Assembly: GCA_011109175.1 (NCBI GenBank) | Contig: RDEW01000031.1 | Location: forward strand, 467,216 to 531,215 | Source of the DNA: Dicyema japonicum | Taxonomy: Eukaryota; Animalia; Dicyemida | Reading direction: 5' to 3' | Length of the DNA: 64,000 nt | Shown: positions 1-12,556 of the stretch, in pieces | How positions within the stretch are numbered: the stretch's first letter is position 1 | How the letters are laid out: every line of letters begins with the position of its first letter | The notes under the pieces: model-generated | Database searches by the model: none | What the model saw: the letters and a program-made list of their open reading frames with translations, nothing else | Told to the model about the DNA's origin: nothing | Program-made: the position numbers and the translations under genes

Positions 1-370
1 TAATCATTCAATAGAAAAAATCGAGAAAATGAGTGTTCCTTTTTTTATTTGTATCGCTTTAATCACCGGACTAGAAACCGTAAAATTGATGAGTTAAACT
101 TGATAGACCTCATTTTCCATTTACTGGGTATCTTTGAATGTTCCTGTCAAAGTAAAGTCGATTTTCAATGATCGTATAGAAAATTCTTAGGTGACTGTAT
201 TTTGCCAATGATAACTTGAAATGGTTAGATTGACTACAACAGCAGTACTAAATAGTTAATTGGTAAGAAAGTTTGGTATGGTGTACCTTTATTGTACGGA
301 ATGTCTACTAATCGTAATAATGGATCAAAGTCAATACCTTCCTTTTCGTAAGCACGGACAAAGTGACGGA

Positions 371-3360
371 CAGTGGGGCAAATAAGTCATAGCACACATC
401 ATTTTTCTTAATTTGACATTTTATAATGATAAATTTTTCTATTTAGTTTATCACACTACATAATATTGCATTATTTTTAACACATTTTGTATTAATAAAA
501 AAATTATTTAAAATAAAATTATAAATAACTAGGACGACAAAATGACGAAGGCGCTACCTCTGATAATCTCCATCTCAAGCCTCTGCCTCAACCAGAGCCT
601 CTCTCGTGGCTCACACCTTTTTGAGGCGAGTTTGCTTCCAATGCTGGAGAGAAAGGCGTCCGTCTTCGCTCCAACGGTTCCAGTTGTCTCCACAGCAATG
701 GGGGTGAAAAGGTATTGGTCTCCGATAGATTCGTATTTATGGATCCTTTTGGCCTCCGCCTGGTCGGCTGCGTCTCCAGGAGAGTGCGTCGCCGTCAGCG
801 ATCTGGCCCCTGAGAAGGTGTCCACACACGTTGCGTCCCAGACGAGTGATTTTCCGTGGGAGTATGGGAATAACGTCATGCCATCCGGCCTCTTCCCGTC
901 GCCTCTGTCTAAGCCCAAAGGTTCCAATTGGGCCGGAAATCCCGCGGCCTTGAGGGCTCGAAAAATGATGTCATTGAGGGCAGCGTGACGCGGGGCTCGA
1001 CCAGCACTTCGTCGGCAAGAGAGTGGATGTAAGCCTTTCGTATCAACGTCCCCGCCGCAACGGCATTTGTGTCTCTGGCATATGTCCAGTCCTAGGCGCA
1101 GTGCCACCCCTATCCTCAGGCTGTTTTCGTCAAAGAGGGTCCCCAGATGTGGAAACGGTAGGGCTTCGAGCCAAACTCCATTTCCGCGATGTGCGGCCGA
1201 CTTAATGATTGCTAGTCGGTGTTGCTTGGCGCTTGTCTTAGCAGCCTCCAGAGTGCTCATACATGCAGTTGAGTCCAACTCTTCTGGCAAGCAAAGTTCG
1301 ACCGGAATTCCAAAACCAACTCTCCCCACAGCTTGCTAACTCTATCATGCTCCGAATCCAAGGTATGTCCCGTTGCGTTACGTAGGACTGCTTGGACTAA
1401 GCGACTGCAGCTCTCAAAAGATGATAGTAGGCAGGGCGCCCTCTCCGGGCAGCGAATTAAGCAGCAAGCCTTCGAAAGTATGTACCGATCCCTATTGAGC
1501 TGACACCTCCATCTCCTTAGACACCTCTATTAATGCCAATAGATGTCCACAAAAAGAAGATCTCTAGCAAATTTTGGAATATCACCATTAACTATTCGAG
1601 TGAGCAGCCAGGTGATAGACGTTAACTTCAGCAGTAGCTTCGGAAGTTAAGTCCTTTACATGGCTCGGGCACTAGCCGTTCAGACCTCCGCAGCTATTGG
1701 GAGCAAAAGACTTTATTCCACGCACTACTTCAAATTCCGTGGGAGTAAATGAGAGGAGGTCTTCTGGCATTGTCAAGTTCCGCTGGATCGGTGGTGGAGC
1801 AAGGTGCTTCCTTCTCAGTAACTCCAAGACTTCTCGGCACGGCTTCGACAGTGATTCGTAACAAGACACTAACTACTCTTACAGCTGCGCGAACGTCCCC
1901 TTCCATCAGTTTTCGGTTCACTCTCTCTCGACAACTGTTTACGCCTAAGTACTTGCTCAGGCTCGATTCCTGAGTCTTGCTGCGTTGAAGTGGCCAAAAA
2001 AGGTAAAAGTATTCTTCTTGATTTTTGAGGCCAGTGATCCGTTGTGAGCTTGCTCTGAGGCAGAAATTCCTAGAGTCATAGGTTCAAAGCTCAGTAGACG
2101 CATCCAAGAGGCCTGGTCGCTGGTACTGATGGCTTTATAAATTAATGACGTGAGGCATTCAGTAGCGGGTATTCGAGCGGCCTTTGGTATCCTCAGTGGA
2201 ATCCGTCTACGTTTCCGACTCTCCGATAGGCGTAACAAAAAAGGTTCGATTTGTCTAGAATAAGAGGGATGACAGAGTTCAGACGGACGACGGCACCGAG
2301 CGGGGTCGGCTCGGCATCCATACAGTATGCGCACTTCCATTTGTAAAGAGATCTCGCATCCAATTTCGACATTCGGACACACCCGAGGTGGAAAAATCTC
2401 CCGCAAGATGTGCAACTCAACTCGTACTTCCTCGCGTTGCAATATCCACAAGACATGCACTGCTCTTTCGATCTCACAGGTAAAAGTAATATTTCTTCGA
2501 ATGTGACGTGATCCATAGATGGACAGTGAACAGAGTCAGACTTGGCTTGATTAGCTTTCTGCATGTACTTTTCTGATTTTCCTTTCTTTTTCTCTTCTTC
2601 TTATCACCACAACGACTACAACAAGTAAAATATCAAAAAAAATTTTGTATTATTATATTCATGAATTTCAAATAGATATGTTTGTAAATGCACTATATTT
2701 GAAAAATGTCAAATTTGATGTGTAAAAAAGTGATGCCACTANAACAAGTAAAATATCAAAAAAAATTTTGTATTATTATATTCATGAATTTCAAATAAAT
2801 ATGATTGTAAATGCACTATATTTGAAAAATATCAAATTTGATGTGTAAAAAAGTGATGCCACTATCAAAAAAATATATATCTTTTCAACAATAAGAGATG
2901 AATGATTATTTTTGGTAACTTGTTTTTTCTTTGAAATAATATTAAAATCGATTAATAGATGCTGGTTAATATAATTATACTTTCATTTTTTGCCCGTTAT
3001 TAAAATTATCATGTCGGTAAGGAAAGAGCATGGACCTAAAACAACGAGTTGTAACGACCAAAGAGGTAAAAGTTATGGAGAGATTTTTAAATTGTTGACA
3101 TTACCATAAAGTACTGTTTTATACTTTCATTTTTTGCCCGTTATTAAAATTATCATGTCGGTAAGGAAAGAGCATGGACCTAAAACAACGAGTTGTAACG
3201 ACCAAAGAGGTAAAAGTTATGGAGAGATTTCTAAATTGTTGACATTACCATAAAGTACTGTTCGAATATTATCACCCGATGGAAACAACACGGAACTGTT
3301 ATTAATCCACCAAGATCAGGTGCTCCGAGGAAAATATCTCAACGTTCTTGCTCATTAATT
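371..3360 (+). mobile_element. Tc1-like DNA transposon, left end and N-terminal transposase remnant, interrupted by a CRE retrotransposon
   Basis: The terminus CAGTGGGGCAAATAAGTCAT at 371 matches the TIRs at 37912 and 40554. About 3000-3350 encodes degenerate GKSYGEISKLLTLP..STV..RWKQHGTVINPPRSGAPRKIS (Tc1 paired-like HTH). Confidence 0.65.
495..2641 (-). mobile_element. CRE-clade non-LTR retrotransposon, internally deleted (PHD finger, start of RT, C-terminal CCHC and restriction-like endonuclease)
   Basis: ORF 529-1329 has CRCG..GLHPLSC..RHAALNDII..KRPDGMTLFP..LVWDATCVDT (CCHC+RLE). 1670-1920 has KLMEGDVRAAV and SFAPNSCGGLNG. 2193-2564 has a PHD-like C/H pattern. An 11-bp direct repeat ATTTTGTATTA at 484-494 and 2642-2652 is a candidate TSD. 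Confidence 0.85.
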
Positions 3361-3371
3361 CTGCCGAAATG

Positions 3372-3438
3372 TACAGCAGCAAGATTCGAACCAGGGACTT
3401 TTTGCCCTGCACTTATGACACTGCGTCATCTCGCTATA
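3372..3438 (-). pseudogene. tRNA-like sequence (tRNA pseudogene or SINE head)
   Basis: The minus strand reads TATAGCGAGATGACGCAGTGT...GGTTCGAATCTTGCTGCTGTAC: A-box-like and B-box motifs, a 7-bp acceptor-like stem and a degenerate T arm. Its 3' end resembles 29350-29365. Confidence 0.45.
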
Positions 3439-3492
3439 ATAACGATAAATGAACTCAACAGAAATATGAATAATTAGTGATAAGAATAGTAA

Positions 3493-5381
3493 TTAAACTG
3501 CAGGTGTATCTGATAACTGGATCTTTTTAACTGGTCGGTTTAACCAGCGAGCACATGGCTTGAAGATATTCAGATTGTATTTCTAAAAGTAATCATTCAA
3601 TTAACATAGGCGTAGATTGCGTATCCAATCGCGTGGATGGGGATTGGGAGAATGCAGAGAAGGGACAAGAAAATATTCGCTCCGCGGGAGACTGGTGTGG
3701 TTGCAGTGTCGGCGGGAACGTAGTGGATGTATTTGGAAATCAGCATAAGCTATTTATGAAGATCAATGTTTTACCACGGCAGAAGCGGGGGTAACAAAAA
3801 TAAACATCGTCTTCCAAAGGTACCCCGATTTCCTTCCAGTCATCAATTCGACTTCTTTAGCGAAATTTCTATAATCTTTAAATATAATTTGAAATATAAC
3901 CGTAAACGTATATTAAGCATACTATCTCGAAGATGCCGACCCACAGAAACCCAGAACTCGAGCCACTATCATATATGTCTATGTAATAGAATCCCCCCTA
4001 TTGTAAATATCACAAAAATGCCTGAAATGTCATTGGAAGGCCGCAGAGGAAGCTAACCAAACATGATATTCCTCTAACTATGACACTTGTTGTCCTTGAA
4101 GCGTTCGGAAACAGGTAGTTTTCGATGGGAGCGACAAATCCTTCCACTAACGAAATCTAAAATGTCCTCATTCCACCAACCATCGTCCCGAAACCCAAGC
4201 AAAACATCATCAAATAAAACAAGGCTGCCCAAAACTGAGGAATTGGCAACGTCGCGATCGACGCTGGATAACTAATAAAAGCCAATGAAGACCCTGTGTT
4301 GTAATGTAATATGTCAACCATATTTTGTTACCGCACTGACGTTGGTCTTTGCTAAATAAGCCAAGTGACCAGTCGCAGCGAAAATGGCAAACCCAGAATA
4401 AAGGGATGTTATGCTGTTGAGGGAACCAACAATTAGGGTATCAACCAAAAAGTTGTTGTTGTATTTGTTGAAGCTAGCCAATGTTATTATTGCCCCCGAA
4501 CAGGTCGCTGATGAGAAGAATATCTGATTTGCGGCTTCTTCCCAAATCTAAATATGAAAATAAATTTCACCTTGATTTTCGTGATTTGATAAATGTCCGG
4601 ATTTAAGTAAAATTTAATCCCCTCCTTAGATCCCTTAAGAGTCAATCCTTTGATGAGTAAAACAGTCATGATAACGTAAGGCAGCACTGCAGTGACATAG
4701 GTAATCTAAGATTAGAGTTTCCTCACTTTTCCGATTGACTTTACAGACTTTATTACGCATAAAAAGACCAAAGTCCAGGAGACAAAGTAGGTCACACACA
4801 GTCCCGGAATAATGTACCCCCGATATTCTATGGAGCTCGTCAACTGTATAATTTCATTGCTAACTGTTATATAACCATTACTAGAAAAACTGCTTCGAAC
4901 TACTCCCACTCGTGCCTAATTTAAGATACTTAAAGATACAATTCACATTCCATGAGTTGTTACAGGTCGTCCAAGGCAATGTCTTTCGGAAGGAGTAGTA
5001 CAGGTACTCAATGAATTGGGAGACGAGGACATTGTAATATAACCCAATCATCCAACCGATAATTGCACCGGAATATCCAACTCCTAAATATGCCGTTGAA
5101 ATTGCCACCTCTAAATATGGGAGAAATATCCCAGCAGCAGACGCAATCTAATCCAGTGAACTGACCTAAGCCCACCTCCAAGTAAATCATCGGATAACCA
5201 ATGATGATTAAGCTCATAATATATGGAATCAGGAACGCACCTATATATTGGAATATTTCTAACCTCCCCCAAACTTGAAGCACAAGTAAGGAAATCTCCA
5301 AATATTACCCAATCCAACAGCGAATGACAGCAGTGATAATGTAAATTCAACTCTTTTTGCCCAATTCATTTTCTGGCCCAT
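3493..5381 (-). CDS. SLC6 sodium:neurotransmitter/amino-acid symporter, multi-exon
   Basis: Spliced frame [39 protein letters not shown]|[20 protein letters not shown]|[48 protein letters not shown], with 23-25 nt introns. Gly at the TM1 Asp position indicates a non-monoamine type. A further 5' exon may lie at about 5870-6030 across the gap. Confidence 0.92.
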
Positions 5382-5453
5382 TCTGATTTACAGTTTCCAA
5401 TAATTTAGTGCAAATATATTTATAGTAAATGTGGTCTATTGCATAAGAATTCT

Positions 5454-5863
5454 NNNNNNNNNNNNNNNNNNNNNNNNNNNNNNNNNNNNNNNNNNNNNNN
5501 NNNNNNNNNNNNNNNNNNNNNNNNNNNNNNNNNNNNNNNNNNNNNNNNNNNNNNNNNNNNNNNNNNNNNNNNNNNNNNNNNNNNNNNNNNNNNNNNNNNN
5601 NNNNNNNNNNNNNNNNNNNNNNNNNNNNNNNNNNNNNNNNNNNNNNNNNNNNNNNNNNNNNNNNNNNNNNNNNNNNNNNNNNNNNNNNNNNNNNNNNNNN
5701 NNNNNNNNNNNNNNNNNNNNNNNNNNNNNNNNNNNNNNNNNNNNNNNNNNNNNNNNNNNNNNNNNNNNNNNNNNNNNNNNNNNNNNNNNNNNNNNNNNNN
5801 NNNNNNNNNNNNNNNNNNNNNNNNNNNNNNNNNNNNNNNNNNNNNNNNNNNNNNNNNNNNNNN
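5454..5863. other. Assembly gap (N run)
   Basis: Run of N bases; ORFs spanning it are spurious. Confidence 1.
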
Positions 5864-6559
5864 GACCAAGGGTAACAAACTAACTAACTCCTTGATCCTG
5901 ACTCGTTCCAGCATCCAGAACTTGTCTCCAGGTAACGACATTGTCCCCTGGGGAAGAATAGTTGGATCCTCTTGATGCCGGCCAGGCATTGGGCGTCTCC
6001 TCAGTAAGGTTGATCCAATTACGACATCGGAAGAAAAATAATTTATGACCAACTAGCCACATAGCACCAATTTAAAAAAAATTAAATATTCGTAAGGGAA
6101 AAAATTAATATTTCTAACTAAAAATTACAATTCAGTAAACCCCCATTAATCCAAAGTTCAGTAATTCGAATTTTTTTGATGAGTCACAAAATTTACCAAG
6201 TTACAGGCATTAATAAAGCGAAACTTCCACAATCCGAAGGACATTAATTAAAAATTNATTTATGACCAACTAGCCACATAGCACCAATTTAAAAAAATTA
6301 AATATTCGTAAGGGAAAAATTAATATTTCTAACTAAAAATTACAATTCAGTAAACCCCCATTAATCCAAAGTTCAGTAATTCGAATTTTTTTGATGAGTC
6401 ACAAAATTTACCAAGTTACAGGCATTAATAAAGCGAAACTTCCACAATCCGAAGGACATTAATTAAAAATTTAGGATTAGTTTATTCCGTTTTTATTATA
6501 CTTATACTTTTAAATGAATTTACATTTTAAATTTAAAATTTTACACTCCCACATTGTTA

Positions 6560-7290
6560 GAAAGAGGTCCGAAATTTTTATTGCACAGAAAAGAAAAAAT
6601 CTCAGAGATATTATCCCATATTGTGAAATAAAAAATAAACCTTTATTTAGGAATTTTGACACTATCAAAAACTCTTAAAAATCTTGAAAATTGGAAAACT
6701 GTGAAACTATGGTTAACAAGTCTAGAACTCCAAGTGGTAAGCATCATCAACTTGATGATTCACTAGTTGAATGGATCTCAAGGATCGATGCAATCAATGG
6801 TTTTATTACTGAAGATATCATTTCGAAAGCTAAGATATTTTATAAAAAGCTTGGAATCAGTGATCTTGAATTTAGTAAATGCTAGACAGATTTAAAAGAA
6901 GATTTAATCATAAACTTAAAGTTATTCATGACGGAGATAACAGCTTAACACAAGATGAACTTAATTAGAATAGACTAAATATGATTAGTTAAACGAGGTT
7001 GACCCTGAAGTATTGATATACATGGATGTAACTGGACTCTTTTTTCAATTTTTCCCTTCGAGAACAATTACATCTAAAGATAGAAAAGGCATAAAGCAAT
7101 CGAAAGTGAGGATCATTATAGCTCTGTGCTAACGCAACTGGAACAATAAAAATTAAACCTTTTATATTGGGTATAGTAAAAGGCCAAGATGTTTAAAAAA
7201 TTTAGATTTTGAAAATTATTGTACTATGCAAATAAAAGTGATGACAACAGAACTTTTTAATGTTTTCATAAGTCATCTTATTATTATTAT
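6560..7290 (+). mobile_element. pogo/Tigger-like transposase remnant (CENP-B HTH and DDE_1)
   Basis: RTPSGKHHQLDDSLVEWI..KAKIFYKKLGISDLEFS, followed by frameshifted RKGIKQSKVRIIIALCANATGTIKIKPFILG. Confidence 0.7.
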
Positions 7291-7299
7291 TAAAGCACT

Positions 7300-8600
7300 T
7301 TCACGAAAGCCATAATGATTATAGCCCCGCATGTGCAGCACTCAAAGAAACAATATTTATAGTTAGTCTTTTCCATCTTCCTCTGTCGAATGCGAGTGAT
7401 CTCAATTCGTCCAGGTTGTCTCCCGTCTTTAGATTTTTTCTCACACGATTTAAGTCTTTGTTTAGGGCTGACTCAAAGAAACAATATTTATAGTTAGTCT
7501 TTTCCATCTTCCTCTGTCGAATGCGAGTGATCTCAATTCGTCCAGGTTGTCTCCCGTCTTTAGATTTTTTCTCACACGATTTAAGTCTTTGTTTAGGGCT
7601 GTCAAAAGTGTCGATCTAGGTCGTCCGCGGAAGGGTTTTTCGCAACTGTCAAAGTAATCTTCCATCGCTTTGTTAGCGGGTGCGTCCGGGTTCATTCTTA
7701 GTACATGCCCAAATAGCCTCCACCGGGCGTCTATCACATCCTTGCTGATGTAAGAACACATACACTTGTTGTAGATACCAGTGGTTGATATTCTACGTGG
7801 CCACTCCATTCCGAGTAAGCTTCTTAGTTGCCTTCTATGGAACGAATCCAGTTTCAATAGTTCGTTGAAGGAACTTCCCCATGTCCCAGCGTTATACAGT
7901 AGGATCGGTTTCACAAACGCGTTGTAAAGCCTGCATCTGATGTCAATTCCAAGTCCTTTGGCCCTTAGCCATCCTTTCTTCAGTTTAGCCATTGCCGCAT
8001 TTGCCAGTGTTTTCCTCCTCAGTACATCTTCAGCGTCTCCTAGTAGAGAGCCGAGCTTATTAGTACGTCTCCATCTTTCATGAGTAATATCGTCTTCTCT
8101 TTTGATTTCCGTAATTTCAGTTTCCGCATTTGCCAGTGTTTTCCTCCTTAGTACATCTTCAGCGTCTCCTAGTAGAGAGCCGAGCTTATTAGTACGTCTC
8201 CATCTTTCATGAGTAATATCGTCTTCTCTTTTGATTTCCGTAATTTCAGTTTTGTTAACATTTACGCTGAGAAACCATTTCTCAAGCTCCGCAGATGCAT
8301 TTTCTAGCAGGTGTTGGAGTGCTGTCACGTCCAGTGATACGAAATCCACATTATCCGCATAAGATGTCTCTTCTATGTCTCTATATAGCATTTACGGAGG
8401 TCGCGGAGTGCAGATTCAAGGTATATGGTGAATAGTAAAGGGGAGAGGGAATCACCCTGGGGTGTCCCAATCGTTGTTTTGAAACTCCGGGAAGTTGTTC
8501 CTTCTGTCCTCACAGATAGTCTTGTGTTCGCAAGTAGTAGTCTGATTATCCTAACCGACGATTCATCCAATATTTGCTCAAGCACATTCATCTTCAACCA
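7300..8600 (-). mobile_element. RTE-clade LINE, 3' half of ORF2 (RT)
   Basis: GTPQGDSLSPLLFTIYL, YADNVD, RCRLYNAFVKPILLYNAGTW, RWRLFGHVLRM and RGRPRSTL motifs. Confidence 0.85.
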
Positions 8601-8619
8601 TGGATTCGGGAATAATCAA

Positions 8620-9260
8620 AAACTTTAAGCATCATTGTAGGAAAAAGCTTATTTTGGATTATATGGAAGCCCTTGATTTGAAAAAAGAATTTTTATGAAT
8701 TTACGGAAAGCAACCATTATGTTATCTCACGTACCAAGAAAAAGAAGACACAATAAACAGAAAGACTTAACAATTAAATGTCTTCATTCATTTACTAATA
8801 AAGATATCATTCAAGATCCTGTTTTGAATGAATACCGAAAAGAACTGGAAGAACTTGCCAATGAGAAAAAATTAACTCAAACAGAAGTGCTCGACGAGAG
8901 CGAAATTGTCATTCTTCGTGAAGATTGTAATGTTGACGAGGAAATTATTGATGCTAAAATGGAGAGATTATTATATTAAAACATAAATATTAACTACACT
9001 GAAATTAGTATTTTACCTTCACAATCCCAAGGCATCCAATTTTTTTGTTCGGATTAATGAAAGTTTACTGTATATTGATTTTGATGCTGGAAAGTGGCTG
9101 CCGTTATCTAAAGAATTTTATGGATCTTATGCACGCGTCATGTGGTTCGACGTTTCTGGTGACGCAAGTTGTGGAATCTACTTCACAAACAAAAATGTTC
9201 CCTTATTCCTTCCATTCCAAGAAGATTGTCCTTTATATCTCTCAAGAGATTTAAATCCAA
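8620..9260 (+). other. Unidentified degenerate ORF, possibly transposon-derived
   Basis: Protein-like frames (8695-8979; DFDAGKWLPLSKEFYGSYARVMWFDVSGDASCG) broken by stops; no family recognised. Confidence 0.25.
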
Positions 9261-9329
9261 ACCCCTGCCTATCAAAAACTTTTTTTTTTACAACTAAGCA
9301 TAAACGGAATAAAAGGGAAGGTCCTTGAG

Positions 9330-10400
9330 TTCAGGGACCTTCTGAACACAAACATTTGCTTACTTCTAGAAACAAGACTATCTTCTAACATACCCACCCT
9401 GCCTTTTCGGGTACAACATTATTCGACGTGACTGCCCTGGTGGTGGACCCATCACACTTATCAAGATTCATTTACGAAGAAAAGAAATTGCTTAAAAAGC
9501 TCTTCCTAAATACCTACCCTGCCTTCTCGGGTACAACATTATTCGACGTGACCGCCCTGGTAGTGGACTCATCACACTTATCAAGATTCATTTACAAAAA
9601 AAAGAAATTGCTTAAAAAGCCTACAAATTTAATCTTGGAAAACCAGGGTGAGGATTCGAAGTTTGGAGAGAGATCAGAAACAAAGCCGAAGTGAAACAGG
9701 AGATGGACTGTAATAACCTCACGTCCGCCCTAAGCAAACAGTCCTTTCTCACTAGTATTTGGAATACTCTTCTGAGCTTCATAAACTCTGTGAAGACGTT
9801 ACCTTGCGAATACCAGCAGAACAAGAACTTTTTAAACAAGATTATGAAGGTTTATTCTTCCGTGAGTTTTATCCCTCACCAGAAATTGGGGGTCCTCCAT
9901 TTCTTCCACCGACGCAACCACAAATAATCTTTCTATGGATGTTGTGGCGAAGATGATTCAAAACCAAAAAACCTCCTACTCAAGCGGTCCAGATGGTATC
10001 CCTACTATAGTATTTTAGAAAGTTGGCCCTCATGCTGCCATGGACCTCACACGAATTTTCAACCTCTCCATTAGCAGGANAGAAGGTTGGCCCTTATGCT
10101 GCCATGTACCTCACACGAATTTTCAACCTCTCCATTAGCAGGAACTCCATCCATACTCTATGAAAATTGGCCGATATGCGACCAATGTTAAAACCAGGAC
10201 GGCCAAAGGATTCACCGGCCACTTAAAGACCCTCTTCAAAAATTCTTGAAAAACTCATTCTCGATCAGATTAGACCTTACCTCCCGGACGCTTGCTTCCA
10301 ACGTGATTTTAAAAAGGGTCACTCTACAACTACTCACCTTTCATGCTTGATGAAATCTATCAATGAGGGCCTACAATGCAAACCTCGGAATCAAAAGACC
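9330..10400 (+). mobile_element. Jockey/I-like LINE fragments (endonuclease start and RT start)
   Basis: ICLLLETRLSS; SSGPDGIPTIVF..DLTRIFNLS..WKLADMRPMLKPG..KILEKLILDQI..KKGHSTTTHL. Confidence 0.7.
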
Positions 10401-10680
10401 CTTATGTGCTCCATTGATGTCGTATCCCCTTCAAGGAACATATCCAGGTCCCGAAGAGATGATGAATCTTTTTGGAATGTGTTCTTGAGGAGGTACCCCT
10501 GATTCTCACATTCAGATTCGTATCCGTTAGGAGTTTTCTAGTCATTCTGACTGTGGAACTGTAAAAGAAGTCCTCCAGAGCTTGTAACAGTTTCTGTCTA
10601 TTGACAAAAGCTTTCGAGATGTCAAACCCATGAATAATCGTTGTCACTTTGAATTTTTTGACCGCTGCGTACCTCAACTT
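10400..10680 (-). mobile_element. RTE-clade LINE RT fragment
   Basis: GFDISKAFVNRQKLLQAL..KLLTDTNLNVRIRGTS parallels the RTE copies at 8373-8597 and 37489-37947. Confidence 0.7.
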
Positions 10681-10949
10681 GTGACTTCACACACAAACGA
10701 GGTCGATCTGCCCTCACAAAAGTTTTTCCATAATTAACGGACTCTCCATTTTTTGTAGGGTTATATTGGCCAATATTTTTCAAAAACATCATAATAACCG
10801 GTTTGAGGTTTTCCACTTTATTAGCATGGAAAAACTTCTTTCTATCAGAATAGTTGCTTCGCATTTCTAACATTTTTAACGCCATTTGCATGTCCTTTTT
10901 CAAAATATAAATTGATATCACACGGATCCTGTTCAAAATCATCCCAAGT

Positions 10950-11200
10950 CACAACCAGTGAGATAATCTTTACTTGACAAGAGAAGCGAAATCTCAATTG
11001 CAAGGAGGTAATAATTGTGACAGTTTTCTACTTCAATCTGTTTTAGGCGATCCAGAGATGTAATTCCCACTTTGATTAGAATTATCTCATTCTTATATAC
11101 GAAAATATCTGGTTTGTTGAACTGTACCTTTGTTTCAGTCAGAACGTATACTTACCTCAACATTCCGCGTGTGAATGGACTGAACTTGATGCTCCTTCGA
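10950..11200 (-). mobile_element. R4/NeSL-like (microsporidian-type) LINE RLE fragment
   Basis: The minus strand reads TETKVQFNKPDIFVYKNEIILIKVGITSLDRLKQIEVE (PDI..IEVGIT RLE motif). Confidence 0.6.
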
Positions 11201-11879
11201 TGACCTTATTAATTCCGTTTAGGTAGTGTTTTTAACTTAATTTTAATTAAATTTATTGAAATAAAGCACAAATAATTTTTAAAATTTTTATCATTAAAGT
11301 TTCTATATTTTCCAAGCATTTTATTTAACATGGTAAAACTTTTTTTTACCAAAATGGTTGTTCCATGACATTTCATAAGTTTCCAAAAAATACTGGACAA
11401 AACTGTTTTAATTTCGCATTTTTGATTTCTTTTAATGGCATTTTACTTGTCTTTTTTTCAATATATAATTTGATCACCGGGCCTCTTTGGACTCGAGCCC
11501 CAATTGGCTATGACTTTGGCTTGGCTATTGGGATAACCTAGAGGTGTTTATGGATAGGAAACTACATTTTCTAAAAGGGAAAGTTTGTAGTGAAGTTGAC
11601 CTGGAGGAATTGATTGAATCCATAAATTTTATTTCATCCATAAAAGTAAAAAATATCTTGCCATTTTATTATTTCCTGAATAATGTGTACGAATGGGCGA
11701 AACAGGTCAAATGTATTAGGTATTCCTGTTAATGTTTTTTTCGCGTAATGCGGCAATCCCGATTCGTTGCCTTACCCAGAACGACTCGCGAGACTATTTT
11801 ATCGGCTCGCTAGTTTCCCTACTATTTTTTTAAAAAATTATAAATAAAATATGACCTAACAAACGAAATATTAATTCAT

Positions 11880-12556
11880 TTATTTTATTAACCCTGAAAT
11901 CACATGAAAAGGATAAAAGTATCGTCTAATTAAGTGATCCCGGTGTCCATACCAGTCCTTTTCCTGCGGTTAGTTTTGGAGTCCTGGATTAATCTCCACA
12001 GCGCGGTAGGTTTCTTCTCATATCTCGGGCAGGCGTCCATATATAGTCTGATGTGCGGTCCGAAAGGATGGTCAAGGGACTTTGCCATCTTGAGGAAGTC
12101 CCGGTGACGTTTCGTAAGGTATTCCATGATTTGAGGGACGTTTAGTGTTCTCATCAGTAGCGAGGTGGACGTCTTTTTCGACGATCTCAATAGAATCCTG
12201 AGACATCGATTTTGTAAAACCTCCAGCTTGCTCTGTGGCTATATTGATAAGGGGACAATCCATGCAGCATAGGCGTACTTGACACTAGGTAGAACGAAAT
12301 GTTTGTATAGAAGCCTTAATAGAATCCTGAGACATCGATTTTGTAAAACCTCCAGCTTGCTCTGTGGCGATATTGATAAGGGGACAATCCATGCAGCACA
12401 GGCGTACTTGATACTAGGTAGAACGAATTGTTTGTATAGAAGCTCTAACAATGGGCGGAAAGATATTTGAGAGTGAGTGAATGTCTTGAGAATTCCAATC
12501 TTCGCACGTGAGATCCGGTGGCTTCTCCAGTTGATCTCTGCTGCAATTGTGAAAGG
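11880..12556 (-). mobile_element. 5'-truncated Jockey/I-like LINE 3' end
   Basis: LLYKQFVLPSIKYACAAW..KLEVLQNRCLRILL; the ORF ends ..DTGIT* and is followed by an AATAAA-containing tail. Confidence 0.75.

Noticed and set aside
542-1339. Plus-strand ORFs 542-988, 1023-1205 and 1067-1339 (and similar antisense ORFs over other TEs and genes)
   Set aside because: They are shadow frames of the GC-richer coding strand with no independent protein signal.
5075-5120. CATATTTAG direct repeat at the exon end and intron end in SLC6, suggesting intron gain by duplication
   Set aside because: The intron lies at the P.F.G position that I recall as an ancient SLC6 intron site; a 9-nt AT-rich match can be chance.
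5420-6052. Long ORFs with X runs (also 61634-62085)
   Set aside because: They span N gaps and are not real.
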